Source: Candidatus Helarchaeota archaeon (GTDB lineage: Archaea > Asgardarchaeota > Lokiarchaeia > Helarchaeales > RDOG01). Taken from it: a stretch of 64,000 nt of DNA. The position numbers were made by a program, and so were the translations under genes. The stretch is from positions 32,001-96,000 of the forward strand of contig JAHPZH010000002.1 in NCBI GenBank assembly GCA_019058315.1. The letters run 5' to 3'. The notes below the pieces were generated by a model. The model saw nothing but the letters and a program-made list of their open reading frames with translations. It ran no database searches and was not told the DNA's origin. Position 1 is the first letter of the stretch, and each line of letters opens with the position of its first letter. Positions 58,237 through 64,000 of this stretch are shown in pieces.

Positions 58237-58809
58237 TTAAGTTTCTTTTATTGGTTTATAATCTTCTTTTGTCAAACCAAATGTCCAAGCTATTGCTTCT
58301 TTACAAGTATGGACTGTATGAGGCACTGCTAAAACATAAATTTCCTTTGTTGTTGCATCTTCGACCTTTACTAATTTCATAGGTGTCATACTTTTACCTA
58401 AATCAACTACAATTAATTGGGAGCTTCCATCTTGATGTTCAACAAAACCTCCTAATTCACGAAACAATCTATCAATACCAAAACGTCTCATTAAAAGGCT
58501 TCTAATTTCAATATTTTTACAATTTAATATTTCACGTGCGGTTATTGTGTCGAGCTTAAAAAATAACTGATAATCTTTAAGTCTCTCTAAGATTTGATAT
58601 TCTTTCCAACGTCCCTTGTTTTTTCGGAAAAAATTTTGTAAATTACCTTCATGTTTCCCGTTTTTATCAATCCAAAAGAAACGACTGTCCCTTGTTATGC
58701 CTAATTTCCTATCATCTTGAAGCCAAAGTATTCCACGCCACAATCTTGAAGGTATTAAATGTTCTTTATTCAAAAAATCCTTTAAGATTTCTTTAGTCTT
58801 TTGATGCAT
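58237..58809 (-). CDS. DUF6745-like protein
   Basis: I....N.E.R......G, V.V.D.T....Y.L.VP......EAIAWTFGL....Y.P..ET. Confidence 0.7.
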   Translation of the reverse strand: MHQKTKEILKDFLNKEHLIPSRLWRGILWLQDDRKLGITRDSRFFWIDKNGKHEGNLQNFFRKNKGRWKEYQILERLKDYQLFFKLDTITAREILNCKNIEIRSLLMRRFGIDRLFRELGGFVEHQDGSSQLIVVDLGKSMTPMKLVKVEDATTKEIYVLAVPHTVHTCKEAIAWTFGLTKEDYKPIKET

Positions 58810-59108
58810 TAATCAGTTACCCAAGGATCTCTCTTTGTTATTGGATCAAACTCTCTCTGTCTTGTAACTTCATAAATTCCAGGTTCTAATTCAATAGGTG
58901 CGTGTTCTTCGTGAACTAATGCTCCACCACTATATACTTCTAAATACATTTGACTACCCCAACTGTAAATTGAACCATTTTGTATTCGATGTGCATGTCC
59001 TGTTGCTTCACCCATAACAATAATATCTGTTTCTAATTTTTTTACTTTTTTTGGAAGTTTTTCAATCTTTTTAACTAAAACATCACCTTGTCTATATATT
59101 TTACTCAA
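58809..59108 (-). CDS. conserved His-rich beta-protein, usual partner of DUF6745 genes
   Basis: YRQGDV, GEATGHAH, HEEH..I.L.PG.YEV.RQREF; TAATG stop/start overlap with the downstream gene. Confidence 0.75.
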   Translation of the reverse strand: MSKIYRQGDVLVKKIEKLPKKVKKLETDIIVMGEATGHAHRIQNGSIYSWGSQMYLEVYSGGALVHEEHAPIELEPGIYEVTRQREFDPITKRDPWVTD

Positions 59109-59288
59109 AAAAACACCTCTAATTTTTCTTAATGTTCCTAATATCGAAAATTTCGATCCTTATTTTTTAGTTTTTCTAGCTACTGATTGTTTTCTCGAAA
59201 AACTTAAAGGAAAACTTTTCTTATTTTTGTTGTTTAATACAGATTTATAAATTTATGTAATTTGAATAGAATGATTTGGGCCTAAAAT

Positions 59289-60311
59289 TTGAAGGATTTT
59301 AAATCTGAACTTAGTAATATTGAGGGTGTATATCGATTCAAAATCGAAGTTCCTTATGATGTTAAATTTGTTTGTGTATATCTATTTCAACTCGATAATA
59401 AAAACATCCTATTTGATGCAGGTTTAGATTTTGGCGAATGGAGCAAATCTTTTTTTTCATTACTTCAAGAGACAGGCATTTCAATAAAGGAAATTGATTA
59501 TTGCATTGTTTCACATCATCATGTAGATCACATTGGACTTCTTAAAAAATTTAAACGCAAAAATCCCAATATGCAAATATTAATGAATGAAATTACTAAT
59601 AACATATTAAAATGGGAAAATGATGTTAGAAAGACCAAAGATATTGAATCCGAGACGAATGAACTCATTAAAAAAATGAAAAGTTTTGGTCTTAGTGAAA
59701 TAAATGGAAGAAAGATGGTTCGTTGGTTTAAGATGTGGCCAAATTTAAGAAAATACCATGAACCAGATAAATTATTACACGATGGAGATGAGATTTCTTT
59801 CGGAAAAAGTAAATTAAAAATAATTTGGACCCCAGGTCACTCTTTAGGGCATATATGCGTTTTTGATTATACTAATAAACATCTTTTTTCGGGGGATCAT
59901 ATTCTTTCTGGAATTACACCACACATTGGGTTATTTGTTGTTAATCCATTACTTGATGAAAATTATAATTTTGAAAATATATTAGAGCATTACTTAAAAT
60001 CTCTAGATAGAATTGATAAATTGAATCCAAAAATAATTTTCCCTGCGCACCAAGAAATCATTTATCATCCCCATGAACGTATCTTAGCAATTAAAGAACA
60101 TCATAATAATAGACTAAAGGAAATTTCAAGTATAATTAAAAATAATCCAATGAGTCCTGTTAAAATTTCTCGAATTCACTTTGGATCTGATTTGGATCCA
60201 ATTAACTCATTCCTTGCACTGAGTGAGGTTGTAGCTCATCTAACGTTTTTAGAAAACCAAGATAAAGTGAAACGAATTGAAAAAGATGGAAAATATTTAT
60301 TCAAATGCTGA
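59289..60311 (+). CDS. MBL-fold metallo-hydrolase with C-terminal wHTH
   Basis: SHHHVDHIG (HxHxDH), TPGHSLGH, SGDH, PAH, E..AHL..L. Confidence 0.9.
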   Translation: MKDFKSELSNIEGVYRFKIEVPYDVKFVCVYLFQLDNKNILFDAGLDFGEWSKSFFSLLQETGISIKEIDYCIVSHHHVDHIGLLKKFKRKNPNMQILMNEITNNILKWENDVRKTKDIESETNELIKKMKSFGLSEINGRKMVRWFKMWPNLRKYHEPDKLLHDGDEISFGKSKLKIIWTPGHSLGHICVFDYTNKHLFSGDHILSGITPHIGLFVVNPLLDENYNFENILEHYLKSLDRIDKLNPKIIFPAHQEIIYHPHERILAIKEHHNNRLKEISSIIKNNPMSPVKISRIHFGSDLDPINSFLALSEVVAHLTFLENQDKVKRIEKDGKYLFKC

Positions 60312-60326
60312 TATGAATGGGGAATT

Positions 60327-61118
60327 ATGGAATCATTAAATTATGATAAAATGTCTAAATACTATGATGAAACAAGAATTTTTAATCAAAATTGTTTTAA
60401 TAAAGCAATTGATTATATTGTAAAACGGTTTCCTCCAAATATTTATAAGAAATTGTTTGAACCAGGAATAGGGACTGGTAGAATTTCAATTCCATTAGCT
60501 CTAAGGGGATATAATATATATGGTATTGATATTTCAACCGAAATGTTAAAAATATTACAGAAACGACTAGATCAGATCAAAAATATAAATTTTGTTTATA
60601 AAAAGGCTGATGCAACAAAAATCCCTTATAATACAAATGAATTTAATTTGGCTATAATTGTTTATCTTTTTTATTTTATTAAAGAATGGAAAAAAGCAGT
60701 CAATGAAATTATAAGAGTAGTAGATGGGCCAATAATTTTAATGCATACTGGTTATGGGGAAGAAGTACCATTTTTAAACGAAAGATATAAGCAATTATCG
60801 GAAAAATTTGGTTTTTCTATTAAAAATATTGGAGTTAAAAGTACAAAGGAAGTAGTAACTTATTTAGAAAATTTAGGATATCAAACCGAATGGATAAAAG
60901 ATAAATGGAAATGGAAATCACACATTCAACTTAATGAAGCAATTGATTATTTAGAAAAAAGAGCATATTCATTTTCTACTTTTCCTCCTGAAGATATACA
61001 CGTCAAGGTAATAAGAAATTTAAGAAATGAAATTAAAGCGAAATATGGAAAAATAGAGGAGTCAATAGAGGTTACTAATCAAGTTTATTTTGGAATAGTC
61101 CAAAAAAAGCCTTCTTGA
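60327..61118 (+). CDS. class I SAM-dependent methyltransferase
   Basis: YDETR, EPGIGTGR, GIDIS.EML. Confidence 0.88.
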   Translation: MESLNYDKMSKYYDETRIFNQNCFNKAIDYIVKRFPPNIYKKLFEPGIGTGRISIPLALRGYNIYGIDISTEMLKILQKRLDQIKNINFVYKKADATKIPYNTNEFNLAIIVYLFYFIKEWKKAVNEIIRVVDGPIILMHTGYGEEVPFLNERYKQLSEKFGFSIKNIGVKSTKEVVTYLENLGYQTEWIKDKWKWKSHIQLNEAIDYLEKRAYSFSTFPPEDIHVKVIRNLRNEIKAKYGKIEESIEVTNQVYFGIVQKKPS

Positions 61119-61158
61119 ACCAAATAAGAGAATAATCCAGTTTAACTCGAATAAGGTT

Positions 61159-62190
61159 TTATAATTTTTCAATTGATTCTTTTTTTTCGGTTTCTGATGA
61201 TTTATATAGTGCCTTAATCAATCTCAACACTTTAGAACTTTCTTCTATGGTGTTTAAATAAGGTTTATCATGTAATATCCACTCTGTAAATGCTTTAATT
61301 GAATTTACTAAATGTGGTAGTTCTTTTTTTTGTGGGTCCATCTCAAGAGAGTAATTTTCTACACCCTTCCATTTCAAGGAACTAGGCCATGGACCATTAT
61401 AAAAGCAATGTCCCTTCTCACCAAATATTTTTAATTCCACTTTGTCTTGTAAAACACTTATTGGAGGAGTAATCAAGGAAGCACAATTGATTTGTGCATG
61501 AACTTTGTTTTCAAATTCTACAATTCCGAAGCCAACATCTTCAACTTCGATTAAATCCGGAAATTTTAATGTATCTATTTTTCCCATAATTGAAATTGGC
61601 TCGCCTAATGCCCATATCATTATATCAATGATGTGAGAACCATGAATTAATAGGGTTCCACCCCCAGAAGTATCCCATTTTGTTCTCCACATCCCTTGTT
61701 TAAAATAAGCCTCATCTCGACTGAAAAAAATATTACAATTTGTATAGTAAATTTTACCCAAATGCCCATTTTGAACGGCAGAAGCTAATTCATGACAAAC
61801 AGGGTCATAGCGATAATTATAATTAAAACCAAGTTTTAAATTGCGATATTTTTTATCTAATTTGTTTATTATACGAGCATCCTCTACTGAACAAGCGACA
61901 GGTTTTTCGCATAAAATATGTTTTTCTGCTTTAAAAGCTTGCTTAATCTGGGGCATATGGAGATGATGGGGAGTGGCAATATAGACCGTATCAATTTCTT
62001 CTTTATTATACATCTGATCGATATCTGTATAAGCATGGCTTTTTCCCCCAATTGATTTAGCTTTTTTTAAATCGACATCTGTAGCCGCAACAATCTTTAG
62101 ATTTTCAACTTTTCTTCCCATATACTTAAAAAGGTTTGAAAACATCCCGCAACCAATAACACCTACTTTTATCAATTCTTTTTCTCCCAA
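61159..62190 (-). CDS. Gfo/Idh/MocA family oxidoreductase
   Basis: GVIGCG, IATP...H, CEKP, GGG.L..HGSH.ID. Confidence 0.9.
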   Translation of the reverse strand: MGEKELIKVGVIGCGMFSNLFKYMGRKVENLKIVAATDVDLKKAKSIGGKSHAYTDIDQMYNKEEIDTVYIATPHHLHMPQIKQAFKAEKHILCEKPVACSVEDARIINKLDKKYRNLKLGFNYNYRYDPVCHELASAVQNGHLGKIYYTNCNIFFSRDEAYFKQGMWRTKWDTSGGGTLLIHGSHIIDIMIWALGEPISIMGKIDTLKFPDLIEVEDVGFGIVEFENKVHAQINCASLITPPISVLQDKVELKIFGEKGHCFYNGPWPSSLKWKGVENYSLEMDPQKKELPHLVNSIKAFTEWILHDKPYLNTIEESSKVLRLIKALYKSSETEKKESIEKL

Positions 62191-62204
62191 TTACTCACCC
62201 TATC

Positions 62205-62846
62205 TTATTTTTGCCCCTCTAAAACCCATTCTACAGCTCTTTGTATAATTGATCTGAAAACTTCTTTTTTTAGGGATAGCACCCCATGTCCTAACGAACA
62301 AAAAAAAACTCTACCTTTTCCATAATTTTTGATCCACATTAATGGTTCAGGTTTAGGATCATCAGGATCATGATAATCTGCTTCAGCTAAGACATGAATA
62401 TCATTACCCATAGAAAAATCATGTCGATAGGGTTCATCTTTAAAGGAAAAATCATCCAATCCTTTAATAATTTGATGATTTCTATCCAGAATTTTAATAT
62501 CGAAAGTTTGTATTCCTTTATGGCTAATAAATCGCCCACCTAGCATTTCAAAATATTTAGGATGCTCTTTAAATGAAGCAGATGCACCATGTAATCCAAT
62601 AAACCCTTTCCCAATTCTAACAAAATCTAGAATGTTTTTTTCTTGTGTTTCGGTTAATTCTCCCATTTGACTGAAAAAAATTGTTGTATCATAGGAGAAA
62701 AAATCTTTTCCGCTAAAAATATCTGTATTATCATACATACCTATTAAACAATTTGGTAAAATCTCTTTAAAACGTTTATAAATGGTTTTAAACGACGAAT
62801 ATCTCCCACCAAGATATAACAAGATCTTATTTTTTTTATTACTCAT
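62205..62846 (-). CDS. ThuA-like (class I GATase-like) domain protein
   Basis: GKGFIGLH, LGGRF..H, DEPY, YGKGRVF..SLGH. Confidence 0.85.
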   Translation of the reverse strand: MSNKKNKILLYLGGRYSSFKTIYKRFKEILPNCLIGMYDNTDIFSGKDFFSYDTTIFFSQMGELTETQEKNILDFVRIGKGFIGLHGASASFKEHPKYFEMLGGRFISHKGIQTFDIKILDRNHQIIKGLDDFSFKDEPYRHDFSMGNDIHVLAEADYHDPDDPKPEPLMWIKNYGKGRVFFCSLGHGVLSLKKEVFRSIIQRAVEWVLEGQK

Positions 62847-62876
62847 TTTTCAAATCCTATTTTGATTGTACAAAAA

Positions 62877-63530
62877 TCATTGCCATATAGCAGTTTCCCA
62901 CTCAGTTTGAGGAATTAAAAAACTTATCAATTCTGGATTGATTACCTTAAAAATAAATTCCGCTTGGGGGACGTTCTCCAATGCATAGTATTCATCGTAA
63001 AATTTATCCTTTTCCTCTTCTGGTAAATCTTTAGGCCATTCTCTCCAGGGAAAATTCTTTTCATTAATTATTTTCGTTGATTTTATATATTTATTGACTT
63101 CTTTTTTAAATTCTTCATCATTTTCTTCCATGATAATATGATATTTCTTGTTTTCTCCAACACCTTCAGTTCCATATCCAGCGACTTTAAGTCCTTTATA
63201 TGTATAATTTTCTAAATCAATCTGTTCATATTCCTCTTTGGTTATATATTTTATATAACCCATAGATAGTTTCTCCATAAATTTAAGAGTTCCATAAGAT
63301 TTAGTATTTTTAGCAAGTTCTCTAGCTTCGTTTTTTGAAATTGGTAAATTACTTTCGCGAGGAAAAAAATAATTTTCTAACATATTTCTCCAGCACTCTA
63401 CGATGATACTCATAGCAAATGTTTTCGTATTCGGAATATAATCTACATCAGGATGAATAACAAAAATTGTACATTTTACCACTGTTTGATCAATCTTATC
63501 AATTCTAATCCTGTAAAGTGCAGATCCCAT
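62877..63530 (-). CDS. hypothetical protein
   Basis: 217-aa ORF (IHPD...FA; PQAEF...V..P...L....WETA); no family confidently recognised. Confidence 0.6.
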   Translation of the reverse strand: MGSALYRIRIDKIDQTVVKCTIFVIHPDVDYIPNTKTFAMSIIVECWRNMLENYFFPRESNLPISKNEARELAKNTKSYGTLKFMEKLSMGYIKYITKEEYEQIDLENYTYKGLKVAGYGTEGVGENKKYHIIMEENDEEFKKEVNKYIKSTKIINEKNFPWREWPKDLPEEEKDKFYDEYYALENVPQAEFIFKVINPELISFLIPQTEWETAIWQ

Positions 63531-63704
63531 TTTTATTCATCGGGAATTTTTTCATATAATTTATCAAAAAATTCGTTGATAGAATTCATAACATTCATTT
63601 TATTCATTAAATTCAACATGTTTAATATTTTAAAACTATTTTAATCAATTATATACAATCATTTGATTAATAATTTAAAAATATTTAATGGATAAATTGT
63701 AAAA

Positions 63705-64000
63705 ATGGATTCCCGTGATCGTGTATTAACTGCACTGGATGGAGATCAACCCGATCAAGTTCCTCTATTTGAGTTAGCAATAGATAATTCTCAAAATAAT
63801 CTAAAAACTCTTTACAATTTCATTCCAGGTATACAAAAATTAATGCAAAATAAATTTAATAATACTCTCATTCGATTTCTAGGTAAAGCAGCTGGAAAAA
63901 GGATAACTAATACACTTATAAGAAAAATAGGGATGAAAGGAGGAAAATTTGCTACACTTACATTAGTAAAAGCTGCTCGGCATTTTGGAATTGATGCAAC
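63705..64000 (+). CDS. URO-D/MtaA-CmuA family protein, partial, runs off the window end
   Basis: Manual translation MDSRDRVLTALDGDQPDQVPLFELAIDN..., which parallels ERILKAINHEEPDRVPWFELGIDN. Confidence 0.8.
   Translation, partial: MDSRDRVLTALDGDQPDQVPLFELAIDNSQNNLKTLYNFIPGIQKLMQNKFNNTLIRFLGKAAGKRITNTLIRKIGMKGGKFATLTLVKAARHFGIDA

Noticed and set aside
1-64000. tRNA/rRNA genes, IS elements, integrases, selenocysteine or pyrrolysine read-through
   Set aside because: No GC-rich structured-RNA islands, transposase/integrase motifs, or in-frame stops splitting otherwise intact genes were seen by eye; a tRNAscan/Infernal run would be needed to exclude small RNAs.

Overview
AT-rich (roughly 30% GC by eye), gene-dense archaeal chromosomal segment. 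It is most consistent with an Asgard archaeon (Lokiarchaeia/Helarchaeales-like): it has two Rab-like small GTPases, a histone-fold protein, ZPR1, an Spt5-NGN paralog, SCP2, frequent TTG starts and expanded paralog arrays. Most of the window is anaerobic heterotrophic catabolism built from tandem paralogs: 4 2-hydroxyacyl-CoA dehydratase-type subunits, 3 type-B carboxylesterases, 6 URO-D/MtaA-family proteins plus a corrinoid protein, a DUF2961/GH172-like protein and 2 sulfatases. The most unusual items are: (i) a 7.3-9.6 kb cluster with a GcvH-like (lipoyl-Lys lost)::Rab-like GTPase fusion divergent from an apparent AAR2 (U5 snRNP assembly factor) homolog and a stand-alone Spt5 NGN domain; (ii) bacterial-type queuosine genes queA and queH in an archaeon; (iii) a histone with a Lys-rich C-terminal tail near two HhH-bearing proteins; (iv) a membrane-anchored propeller/Ig-repeat protein plus wHTH gene behind a phased 21-bp repeat array; (v) several intergenic fossils of neighbouring genes, which record duplication followed by internal deletion. 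No rRNA, tRNA, CRISPR array, transposase or integrase was recognised. All family calls come from motif recognition by eye; no searches were run.
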